Assembly (NCBI GenBank): GCA_003707115.1
Contig: PPNB01000023.1
Span: 1 to 64,000, forward strand
Length of the DNA stretch: 64,000 bases
Source of the DNA: Tortispora ganteri
Lineage: Eukaryota
Direction of reading: 5' to 3'
Shown: piece after piece, positions 54,896 to 64,000 of the stretch
Numbering within the stretch: position 1 is the first letter of the stretch
Layout: each line of letters begins with the position of its first letter
The notes under the pieces: model-generated
What the model was told of the DNA's origin: nothing
What the model saw: the letters and a program-made list of their open reading frames with translations, nothing else
Databases searched by the model: none
Position numbers and translations under genes: made by a program

Positions 54896-57052
54896 TCAGT
54901 TAGATTCTTCTTCCACAACACCCGGTCGATATTGTTTAAGCAATTCTTTAGTTTCGTCATGTGTCATCTCGTCATTAGATTTGTAGATTTGTTCCAACAC
55001 GTCCAGAGCGTCGCCTCTGGCTGGAGGTCTCAGTGCAATTAGAAACTTTAAAGATCTCAGCCCAAGTCGACTCCGGTCCGGGTCTACGCATATCGTCTTA
55101 AGTGAATGTATCATCTCCGTAGACAGTTGTGGTATTTCGGACAGCCATCGCAGTAAAAATTTGTCGTCTGAGCTATCACAATACAGTACGACATTTTCAA
55201 ATAATATGCTAGCCCATTTCGCGTAGTTGGGCATCCTATCTGCGAATTCGCCAGTCGATTTCTTCTTCGGATCAATCTTGATAAAGTCCCCATACCATTC
55301 TTCATTCATCCAAGTAATTGCTGCATCCAGTCTGCTCCTGAAATCAGCTACCACATACTCTTTCAACCGCGATCTCACTTCTTCGCGCATCTTTTCTCCA
55401 AGCGATCCTCCCTGGCTATCCTCTTCAGCAGCATTGTCAGCTAGTCCCCGTGAACATATGCGTGCAAGCAGCAGAACCCACGAATTTTTATTCCAGTCTG
55501 CTGCAGCAACATGATTTGATAGCCCGGAGAAATTAAGCGCCTTGGTCGAGTTCGCATACATATTCAGGTCGTCTACTGCTGATGAAGACTCTATAAGTCT
55601 GTCAATTGCATCCGTGAATATCTTCAAACGGTCATCTTCGCTTAGATCTGTAGCGAGAAGCTCAGCCTGCCTGGCAGCATTAATGACATTATCAGCATCA
55701 GCAGCTGGAAGTGCATCGGCATCAGCATCTTCATCTCTTTCCCTTTTTTCCTCTGAGTTTATGCCAGCTTTGCCTGTTGCTTTGTCTGTGAGAGAATTCT
55801 TTAGAGGCACCAATGAACTGAATCGCTGAAAAACAGCACCTAGTGCCGATTGTACAAGGTCAGGGGAGGCATGCTGAAGACCTGCTAAAATCATGCCTAT
55901 CGCAACATGAAGAGGCAGACTCGTAGCATCGAAGCTGCTTAAAGGATCACTGGAGTCTATAAGCGTAAACAAATCGCTATAAGAAGCCGGGCCTGGTGGC
56001 ATAGTCAAACTAGTAATACTGTCAGATCCCCCATAAATATTCTGGCGACTTCGTTTTGTTGATGGATCGTCAAAGTCTCCATCCAACGGCCGCTTCCTGG
56101 AGTCTAGTTTAGCTGAGCGAGACATAAAATCTTGCAGGTATCGCTGGATTTTAGGCGTTAGTGAGGTGAGTCTGGAATCTGTTGATCGAGTAGCTGCGCG
56201 CAGAACCGAATTAAGTGATATTTTCACCGCTTTCTCAAGAAATTTAACCTGTAGTTGATTTTCAGTGTGACATGTAGCCCGCAGATCCGCTTGATGCGGT
56301 CTAAACTCAAGAAGCCGGTTCAAAATGCTATTCGCAGTAGAAGGCCTTGATCGAATCAAACAAACAGAAGTGTATATAATTGCTGTACCAAAGGGAGACG
56401 ATAACTCTGGTTCTTCCAGACCTGACACGATGCGGTCGAGCAAAGCAGATGCTTCAGCCTCCAACTGAACTTTTTGTAAAAACGGGTGATCAGAGGGAAC
56501 AGTGTGGATATTGACTTGATGATCGTCATCCATTCTAGGATCAGTCAGACCTTCAGACTGTGCCATGACTATTCTTTGGGCTAGCTTTACCGCAGCGATT
56601 TTGATTCTATCTGATCCTTCTGTCCACAAGCTCAACACTTTAGTTTTTATGGCCTCCATCAAGTCCCATAGCTCCTTATCTGGGCGAGGTGCGCGCGCTA
56701 CTCTTCTAAATACACACGGGTACACTTGAGAAACAATAATTATGACTGATTTTCGCACATCGTCGTCCGCACAGTCGTTTAGTAAACTTTTTAGAGGTTC
56801 AAGCAAGTTTACAGCGAGCGCCGTTCGAGCTGATCGCGTCAACTCGCAAGCAAATACATCCACAAGCGTCTTTGCAACAATACTTTTGTCACTAGTATCT
56901 GCGCGATCCAGCAGTGGTACCAGACCTTGTAGTGCCTTCAGTGCAGAACCGGGTTCCTCTTTGACTGTACGGAGCAGGTCTGCAGCCGCTTGAACGCTCT
57001 CTGACTGCGCAGCAAAGTTCATCGATACGCCTGTTTCTTCCTGGTTTGACAT
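54896..57052 (-). CDS. PTA1: mRNA 3'-processing scaffold Pta1 (symplekin family)
   Basis: KIAAVKLAQRIVMAQS, VPSDHP...LEAEASALLDR, DFRSRLDAAITWMNEEWY and LIALRPP. Confidence 0.88.
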   Translation of the reverse strand: MSNQEETGVSMNFAAQSESVQAAADLLRTVKEEPGSALKALQGLVPLLDRADTSDKSIVAKTLVDVFACELTRSARTALAVNLLEPLKSLLNDCADDDVRKSVIIIVSQVYPCVFRRVARAPRPDKELWDLMEAIKTKVLSLWTEGSDRIKIAAVKLAQRIVMAQSEGLTDPRMDDDHQVNIHTVPSDHPFLQKVQLEAEASALLDRIVSGLEEPELSSPFGTAIIYTSVCLIRSRPSTANSILNRLLEFRPHQADLRATCHTENQLQVKFLEKAVKISLNSVLRAATRSTDSRLTSLTPKIQRYLQDFMSRSAKLDSRKRPLDGDFDDPSTKRSRQNIYGGSDSITSLTMPPGPASYSDLFTLIDSSDPLSSFDATSLPLHVAIGMILAGLQHASPDLVQSALGAVFQRFSSLVPLKNSLTDKATGKAGINSEEKRERDEDADADALPAADADNVINAARQAELLATDLSEDDRLKIFTDAIDRLIESSSAVDDLNMYANSTKALNFSGLSNHVAAADWNKNSWVLLLARICSRGLADNAAEEDSQGGSLGEKMREEVRSRLKEYVVADFRSRLDAAITWMNEEWYGDFIKIDPKKKSTGEFADRMPNYAKWASILFENVVLYCDSSDDKFLLRWLSEIPQLSTEMIHSLKTICVDPDRSRLGLRSLKFLIALRPPARGDALDVLEQIYKSNDEMTHDETKELLKQYRPGVVEEESN

Positions 57053-57192
57053 CACAATTGCCCTGCACTACGCCAATAAACACAGCTAGTTCGACAGAAT
57101 AACAAAAAAAGTTGGAAAAAAGACACTGTGCTGTCTAAATACACGCTGCTCAATGTTCAGATCGGTAAACGTTTGTGGGCATGTAAAAAACA

Positions 57193-57203
57193 AGGGTTAG
57201 GGT
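57193..57203. promoter_or_regulatory. Telobox AGGGTTAGGGT in the PTA1/RGR1 bidirectional promoter
   Basis: Read directly. Confidence 0.5.
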
Positions 57204-57477
57204 ATAGACACTTACTACCATCACCACCACCAACTTTCATATCAGTGTGCTGAACGGCCAGCTACTACCTCTTTCCTGATCGGACGGGTCAAAGAAAATC
57301 CTAGAAACCGCTGGCATTGTCGATTTCCAAAGGGGCTAGCTATTTTTCTTGCCACCTAAGCTTTTATTTATAGCTTATAAGTTTTCTCTGTGATTGCCGT
57401 TTGAAGGTGTATTTTTTTGACCTTGTGGGTGATTTTTGCAGCCTGATTTTTATCGGTCTGAGAGCGATATTTGGCCC

Positions 57478-60144
57478 ATGACAGCTGCAACCGATCCGAT
57501 CGCCCTCAAAAATGGACAGGGACCAAAAATACCACATATATCTGAGAATTTTGTCTCTTTTAGCTTAATAACGTCACGTATAATTGACAACTTCTACACT
57601 GAGCTTTCACAACTAATCCTTACTCTACCCTCCTTACCCGATCAAGCCAAAAAGAAGCGGATCCTCGATTTCTTTGTCTCATGCAGACAGACATTCATAA
57701 AGCTACTGGTGCTTTCTAAATGGTCCAAATCAGCTCCTGAAGTCTCCCGCGCAATTGACGTCGTCAGCTGGCTGATAGGCCAACGTAATTGTTTTATTAA
57801 CTGTGTCTATTCCTTGCAAGAACTCAAAGTATCGCTCGGTCCTGCCCGCTTGAGGAATCCGGACCTTCGAACTGCCCTTGAAGTTATAATGATAGGTAGG
57901 ACGCAGCTATCGACGTTCAATTTCATACAACCTGATCCGCTATCCCCTCAGGCTATTCTTGATGTCCTTCACGAGCTGAACATGCTTATTGCTTTCCGAC
58001 TCAGCCTTGCTACAGATATACCCCCTAAAATGCGCAAGTATAATATAAAGAATGGCCGCGCTACATTTACTGTACCGAATGAGTTTGAAGTAGACCTTGG
58101 AGTCGTTTCTGATGTCGAAAACGCTCCTATGTTTCTAATCGATTTCCGCTTCCTCTTCTCTCCTAGCCGCCCGCTCACAGACTCTTCTCGTGTAATCATA
58201 GAACACAAATCTAATGAGATTCTCTCCGGGCCTACAGATTACCCTCTCACGGACCTCTATAATTTTTTGCATTCCTGTATAGTCGATGAGCAACTACAAA
58301 TATACTTCCAGCAGGGTCGTGTGCTCGAACAAGGCCTTTGGAAACACACATTATCCATGTCTTTTAATACTGAAGAGAAAGTCCTCATATTCTACTATTG
58401 GAAATCTAATATAGCACACAATAGGTTCTCTATCACACTCAGTCCAGCCTCTGATGAAATTTTGGAGGTCGTCTGGAAAATAGATGGAACTCAAAAGGAC
58501 CACTCTATACAGCTGCAAAAGGATTACATCAGCACCGAGAATCTACTCAAAAGTATTGTGGCTTTACATTCAAAACATATACTTGCTGAAGCTTATCATA
58601 TACTGGAATCCAGCCCTCAGTTTCAACACTCTAATGATCTCAAGTTCAATGGGACGGAAATAGTGGCACACATAACTGCTCATCAAGTACTCAAGATAAT
58701 CATTGAAACAATCACAGGCAATGTTCTCTTCACTCCGCCTTTGCCGGGACTGCATCATATAGAGCAGACAATTAACGAAACAAATACTCATCAGCCTAAA
58801 GCCATTGCACAAGGCGTTACTGCATTAACACATCAACTCCTTTCAGAATCCATTATGCAGACAGCCAAAGCAACAGGCTGGGAAATTCATCGCCTCAATA
58901 CAAGCCGTATTGAAGATGTCCGAAAGACTCTGAATACTAAGTCCCGGTCGATTTTTTCTCTTTATCAAAGCACCTGGTTATCTGCATGGACCGTTCTATG
59001 TGTTCTAAACGAACATAGTATTGACTGGTATGTTGCTAGACTTGTCAATGGCGAAGATGGATGGTTCGTTATATTCCACGAGCCGTTAGATTTGAAGCTA
59101 GCTTCTCCTGTTCCTACCTATAGTCAATTTAAGATGATGGCTCTGGACACATCTGTTTCCGTATCAAAATCTACTTTCTCTTGGTCGCTTAAAGCTAGAG
59201 GAATTAGATTTCACGATGGACCTATTCCAGGTGTTGAACTTGGCCCTCACGATCAGTATTTTGTATTGGATATGTCATCATTACTCCCTACTGACTGGGT
59301 TAATACTGCACTGCATGTTTGTCTATCGCCACTGAAATCTGGTCTCATTAGTGTCTCAGCGCAAGGCTCCTTCAAAAATAATGAGATACTGAAATTTCTA
59401 CCGAATCGAAGTCGCCATATTGAAATAGAAGTAGAAACTGGTAAGTTCAAGCTAGAGACAGAGTTTGCTCCAGGTGGCCCTGCTTTTGAGTTCGTGTACG
59501 AGCAGTTGACTCACTTAAACATGATTATTAAGTTTTTGGTGATTGCTAAGTCGTTCAATCTCAAACCTCAAAATGTCTCAATGGAAGAACTGAGCTTTTC
59601 TTATGCTGACGATCTTTCAGCTTCAGTTATCTTCAGTAAAGGCGAACACATGTCTTTGAGCATACCTGCTGACAATCCTCAAAAGCCACTTGAAGCTATT
59701 TTTCAGGGAATATTTGACACAAGCAAACTGAAAAAGACACTTGCCTGTTTTGGTATTACTGCGAGTATTTTTAAACTGGTGGCTGGATTCGATAGAAACT
59801 ACGTTTATTTTATTGTGCGGAGCCCTGTCAATTTCAGATTATATTACGACGCAAAAAATGTTGAGAACGTCACTGCTTATGCGATTGAGATAAAAATAAG
59901 GAAACACGAAGGCAAGGGACCTATGATATACTTTACTGACAAAATATCGGATGTTTCTAATATCATGCGTCTAGAAAAACTCCAGGAAGTGTGGCAGCTA
60001 AAAGAGGACGGAGTTGTTGGTCTTGGTGAAGGAGTTGCATGCACTCCTGCAGCTGCTACTGCGATATTAGAAAAAATAAATGACATTCTGATGGCTGAAT
60101 GTGCGCCAGAAGCGAAGACACTGCAAGCAACCGGATCAGGTTAA
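57478..60144 (+). CDS. RGR1: Mediator subunit Med14
   Basis: IPHISENFVSFS, RQTFIKLLVLSKW, ARLRNPDLRTALEV and YNIKNGRATFTVPNEFEVDL. Confidence 0.9.
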   Translation: MTAATDPIALKNGQGPKIPHISENFVSFSLITSRIIDNFYTELSQLILTLPSLPDQAKKKRILDFFVSCRQTFIKLLVLSKWSKSAPEVSRAIDVVSWLIGQRNCFINCVYSLQELKVSLGPARLRNPDLRTALEVIMIGRTQLSTFNFIQPDPLSPQAILDVLHELNMLIAFRLSLATDIPPKMRKYNIKNGRATFTVPNEFEVDLGVVSDVENAPMFLIDFRFLFSPSRPLTDSSRVIIEHKSNEILSGPTDYPLTDLYNFLHSCIVDEQLQIYFQQGRVLEQGLWKHTLSMSFNTEEKVLIFYYWKSNIAHNRFSITLSPASDEILEVVWKIDGTQKDHSIQLQKDYISTENLLKSIVALHSKHILAEAYHILESSPQFQHSNDLKFNGTEIVAHITAHQVLKIIIETITGNVLFTPPLPGLHHIEQTINETNTHQPKAIAQGVTALTHQLLSESIMQTAKATGWEIHRLNTSRIEDVRKTLNTKSRSIFSLYQSTWLSAWTVLCVLNEHSIDWYVARLVNGEDGWFVIFHEPLDLKLASPVPTYSQFKMMALDTSVSVSKSTFSWSLKARGIRFHDGPIPGVELGPHDQYFVLDMSSLLPTDWVNTALHVCLSPLKSGLISVSAQGSFKNNEILKFLPNRSRHIEIEVETGKFKLETEFAPGGPAFEFVYEQLTHLNMIIKFLVIAKSFNLKPQNVSMEELSFSYADDLSASVIFSKGEHMSLSIPADNPQKPLEAIFQGIFDTSKLKKTLACFGITASIFKLVAGFDRNYVYFIVRSPVNFRLYYDAKNVENVTAYAIEIKIRKHEGKGPMIYFTDKISDVSNIMRLEKLQEVWQLKEDGVVGLGEGVACTPAAATAILEKINDILMAECAPEAKTLQATGSG

Positions 60145-60282
60145 TACCTTAGGTGAGCTGTCTATGCTAATGCACATGTAAACGCCTATATGCCATGTGA
60201 ATGTGACAAATAAAATACTTTAATAACATTACTCTTTGTAGAGAATACATTTATTCATTTATCATATCAGCCTTGTAGCTGA

Positions 60283-63200
60283 CTACGCTGGGTTCACTTC
60301 GAACTTCATTTGAACACCCATAGACAGCAGTTCTGAATCTAGGTATCTTAGAACGAAAGGAATAGAAACAGCAGTAGTATTGTCACCACCTTTAAATCTA
60401 TTTCCGAGTCCGTCTTCCCATGAATCTAGGTCATCTTCGGGGTCTCCAGCAGCAAGAGGAGTTGCACAACTGCGACAGCGTACACTAGACTTCTGGCCAA
60501 TTCTGGCAACTGTGTTTATGGAAGTGATTAGCGAACCACAGGAGCGACACAAATTAGCAACAGTATAGTCACTGCAATTGAGCAATCTGTCTCTGAGCAG
60601 GAAAGATGAACCGTGTCCAATAAGAGCATCTCGCTCCATCTCTCCGACACGAATACCACCGTGACGCTTTCTGCCTTTCACAGGCTGCATAGTAAGGACG
60701 TTCACAGGTCCAGTAGAACGCACCTGGTACTTATCGTTAACCATATGACGCAGACGTTGGTAGTAAACCACACCAATGTAGATGTCAACTTTGAACTCTT
60801 CACCAGTAATGCCAGAGTACATAGGTTCATTACCGTGATAATTGTATCCGGCTTTTAGTAGCTGTTCACCGAAGTGATCAGCAGCAGTGTAATCTTCAGA
60901 GAATTGCCAAGGCGTAGCTTCCTGAGCTACTCCATGAAGAGCACCAGACTTACCTGCCAGTGACTCGACAAACATTCCGATGGTCATGCGGGAAGGAAAA
61001 GCGTGTGGATTAATGATAATGTCGGGCTGAATACCAGATTCCGAGAACGGCATGTTAACCGTAGGGTACTTTTGAGAGCACACACCCTTCTGACCGTGAC
61101 GTGAAGAGAATTTATCTCCAATAACTGGCACCCTAGGAACTCTAAACTTGATAGTAAAAGTCTGGAACTCTGTGCTTGAACCTTCTCCACAGATAAGCTT
61201 GACCTCCTCTATATATCCGGCCTCGCTAGATTTGTAGTTAATGTATTTCGTTCTGTTAGTCACTGGATCAATATAGGCAGCGATAGGATCACCTTCCTGG
61301 ACATGAACACCGATTATAGGTAAGCCATCTCTATCTAGTTTCCCTTCAACTGTTTCTGGCACTGTTTCTTCGGCAAAACCAAATCGCAGCGAGGTAGGTT
61401 CACCAGGACGCTGGCGCTCTGATAAATCAACCTTTTCAACCTTATAGACCGTTCCGTGGCCAAATCCTCGTTCCAAGGCGGATTTATTCAAGATCATAGC
61501 ATCATCCATATCGTAACCAGTATAAGAGATCACAGCAACAACAGCGTTCATACCGTTTGGATAAGAGTCCATGCCGTATTCGTCGTACAAAGAAGCACGA
61601 ACTACAGGCGTTTGACCTGTTTGCAGTCTGTAGAGCTTGTTATCTGAACGATGGTTCAGAGCAGTTCCTGGAGTACCCATGGTCTGCTTACCCATCTGAC
61701 ATTGGTACATATTTCTTGGTGACTGGTTAAAGTCAGAGAACGGTGTCAAGTTCGCCAAGATAGAAAGAATGTTCGTAGGTGAAAACTCGACATGCGTGTG
61801 GACATTAGGAGTAATTTCTTCAGGCGTAACTGCTATGTCCATGTGAACTTGCTCAAAAGGACCAACATAGTCCTCTGACTGATTAGGAAGATACTTGACA
61901 GGGCGAGTCATACGTGCAAGTGATGAAAACAAGTAAAGACCAGGGTACTGTCCACCGGCTTTGTAAGGAACATAGCCAATTTCGAGGTCAAGGGGAATGT
62001 CATATAGTCCCTTGGTCTTCCATAAGCGAAGTGTTTGACTAACCTTGAGAGCCAGAACCGGTTCGCACCAGCCAATTATGCGACCATCTAACTGCACTGA
62101 GAAGTAATCGTTTCTGGGAGGAATCACATCAGGATCAATGACGCCTAACGAGAAGAGCAGCTTAGGGAGCTTAGAGACATCGCGCTTAGTTGTCACAACT
62201 CGGCATTTGTGCGCCAAATGATTAAGCAAACCACACGGAGAACCGTCTGGAGTGTGTACAGGACAGAGGAACCCCCATGATTCGGGTAGCAGCTTACGAA
62301 CAGTAGTGGTTTTGAGCTGTGCAAAGAAAGAACCTCGATGTACCATTCGAAAATGCGATATGAAACGATAGAAATTGATCTTCTCGGCGACAACTGTGTA
62401 ACCGGAAGTTTGCTGCAAGTCAAGACCAGATTGTGAGACTAAATTACCCGTGGAAAGAAAATAAGTAAGTTTCGTGCCGATAGGCTCTTTGCTTCTGAAA
62501 ATAGCCTTGCGAATGTAATCGGGGTTAGAGAACTCGACGTTGGCAGATTTCCTTGTAACTTCGGAGCGAATAAAGCCACGAATTCCTTGAAGGTATTCTT
62601 CCATTTTCTCTTTAATTATCATACCATACAGAAATCCGCCAAGGAGGACTTCCTGATGTTGAACAGCATCTGGATTATCAGGAGCACAGAAGCCGCCAAC
62701 AACAGAGTACAATTTGCGAATCATAAATATGAGCATGCGATATTTGTCAGCGTCTTTATTAAGATGCACGAGAACAATTTTTTTGAGTAGTAATTGACCA
62801 ATTTCGTAGTCAGACATATCGGGGTCGCCGTTCAGGGCGACACGAAATTTCTTGCCTAGAAAGTTCAGAGTATCCTCCTGTGTATAAAGTTTATAGATCT
62901 TGTATGTTTTTAGAAGAAGTTCAACACGGTTTGTTATGAAGCTGTTCTCTGTGTCGTTTCCCACAATGCGAGTGAATATGTCGCGATCGTTAGTCGGGAT
63001 CAGGGCCCGCAGGATCATCATGACAGGAACAAGGTACTCATTCTTTCGGTAAGAGAATCTGAAGGTGATATTTCCGTCTTCGAGATAATGAAGCACATTG
63101 GTTTGTGAGGTTTGATCAGGGCGGACTGAGCGGATTTGCACACCAAATTTTGAGTAGTTCTTGCCGCGGTTTGTGAACGAAGGCCTGACAATAGCAAGAG

Positions 63201-63774
63201 GAATGTTGCGGCGCTGAACAATGAGCATACGGATGAGCTTTTCAATGCCATTGACAATAAAATATCCGCCGAGCTCCTCTGCCTCTTCGCGCGCCTGTAC
63301 CAGCTGGTACGGGGACATCTTCTGGAGGTGACACTTATTCGACTTGAGCATTATGGGGATCTGACCACAGTCACGAGCAAGGCGGTGGACTTCTCCTGAA
63401 TCATTGACCTGATAACACAAGTTAAGAGTAATAGTTGAGCGGTAAGTTATGAGACGTTCTCTGCACTCTGCAGGTAGGAGACGGCGATCAGACTCGATTG
63501 ATTCTGCGTCATTGTTTGTCGGGTGTGATATATGTACAGACTCAATCCAGAACGAGACCTTATTGCCTATCTTTCCAGGTTCAGTAGAGTCAAACGCAGA
63601 TATTTTACCGATATCTTTAGCGGCAAGGTCTAGGAGACCTAGATCAGACAGAGCATCGAATGAGCCAATGTGTGGGCTAATGGCATCGTTGAGCAATGGG
63701 TACGCTGTATTATCTTTCGGAGGATTCTTGAAATATGCCTCTCTCTTGAGAGTGTTAAACGCAGCCGTCGGCAT
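60283..63774 (-). CDS. RPA135: RNA polymerase I second-largest subunit
   Basis: VHRGSFFAQLKTTTVRKLLPESWGFLCPVHTPDG, SYTGYDMDDAM, GDKFSSRHGQKG, RLRHMVNDK and a C-terminal zinc ribbon. Confidence 0.98.
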   Translation of the reverse strand: MPTAAFNTLKREAYFKNPPKDNTAYPLLNDAISPHIGSFDALSDLGLLDLAAKDIGKISAFDSTEPGKIGNKVSFWIESVHISHPTNNDAESIESDRRLLPAECRERLITYRSTITLNLCYQVNDSGEVHRLARDCGQIPIMLKSNKCHLQKMSPYQLVQAREEAEELGGYFIVNGIEKLIRMLIVQRRNIPLAIVRPSFTNRGKNYSKFGVQIRSVRPDQTSQTNVLHYLEDGNITFRFSYRKNEYLVPVMMILRALIPTNDRDIFTRIVGNDTENSFITNRVELLLKTYKIYKLYTQEDTLNFLGKKFRVALNGDPDMSDYEIGQLLLKKIVLVHLNKDADKYRMLIFMIRKLYSVVGGFCAPDNPDAVQHQEVLLGGFLYGMIIKEKMEEYLQGIRGFIRSEVTRKSANVEFSNPDYIRKAIFRSKEPIGTKLTYFLSTGNLVSQSGLDLQQTSGYTVVAEKINFYRFISHFRMVHRGSFFAQLKTTTVRKLLPESWGFLCPVHTPDGSPCGLLNHLAHKCRVVTTKRDVSKLPKLLFSLGVIDPDVIPPRNDYFSVQLDGRIIGWCEPVLALKVSQTLRLWKTKGLYDIPLDLEIGYVPYKAGGQYPGLYLFSSLARMTRPVKYLPNQSEDYVGPFEQVHMDIAVTPEEITPNVHTHVEFSPTNILSILANLTPFSDFNQSPRNMYQCQMGKQTMGTPGTALNHRSDNKLYRLQTGQTPVVRASLYDEYGMDSYPNGMNAVVAVISYTGYDMDDAMILNKSALERGFGHGTVYKVEKVDLSERQRPGEPTSLRFGFAEETVPETVEGKLDRDGLPIIGVHVQEGDPIAAYIDPVTNRTKYINYKSSEAGYIEEVKLICGEGSSTEFQTFTIKFRVPRVPVIGDKFSSRHGQKGVCSQKYPTVNMPFSESGIQPDIIINPHAFPSRMTIGMFVESLAGKSGALHGVAQEATPWQFSEDYTAADHFGEQLLKAGYNYHGNEPMYSGITGEEFKVDIYIGVVYYQRLRHMVNDKYQVRSTGPVNVLTMQPVKGRKRHGGIRVGEMERDALIGHGSSFLLRDRLLNCSDYTVANLCRSCGSLITSINTVARIGQKSSVRCRSCATPLAAGDPEDDLDSWEDGLGNRFKGGDNTTAVSIPFVLRYLDSELLSMGVQMKFEVNPA

Positions 63775-64000
63775 GAAGTCTCAGCGATTATGGCAGGACC
63801 TTTTTTTCGACTTTTTTTTTTTGTATCCGGTTGGTAAAGTGGAAAAAATTAAAAGATTTGTTTTCTGTAAGTTTAAACAAATTAAGGTTTTTGATGCAGT
63901 CTTTTTGGGAGGTTCATATCATTTAGTAGGGTACTGAGGGCACGCACACCTTCAAGCATTGCATCTGACACGCACACGCATGGCGGCTAAAGATGCTGAC

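Noticed and set aside
1..64000. Short nested or antisense ORFs, tRNAs, transposons/LTRs and CRISPR arrays
   Set aside because: The nested ORFs overlap well-supported genes and lack motifs. I saw no tRNA cloverleaf, transposase/RT, terminal repeats or spaced repeat array; tRNAscan and Rfam searches would be needed for certainty.

Overview
Gene-dense eukaryotic DNA from an ascomycete yeast, probably an early-diverging Saccharomycotina lineage. The basis is few short introns with CTAAC branch points close to the acceptor, CUG read as Leu, and genes S. cerevisiae lacks (prenylcysteine oxidase, TMEM19/DUF92, GMPPA, DevR-type bHLH, a Nup37-like WD40). About 30 protein-coding genes, mostly housekeeping: DFR1, PPS1, a CorA transporter, PPM2, ATG18, VMA16, NIP1, RAP1, TIM17, MTQ1, PEX6, LSM5, PET112, ARG4, YME1, NUP188, KAR9, TFS1-like, PTA1, RGR1, RPA135. 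Six are spliced and are missed or mis-started by the ORF track. I could not support any tRNA, rRNA, transposon or CRISPR array. The best leads are (1) a head-to-head prenylcysteine oxidase and DUF92 pair that could be an isoprenoid-salvage module, (2) a PEBP/Tfs1 gene with a mitochondrial-presequence exon and a second in-frame AUG inside the intron, (3) an orphan, possibly Kex2-processed PA14/GLEYA-like protein, and (4) a divergent Rap1 alongside recurrent TTAGGG boxes in promoters. All functional claims come from reading the sequence; no search was run.
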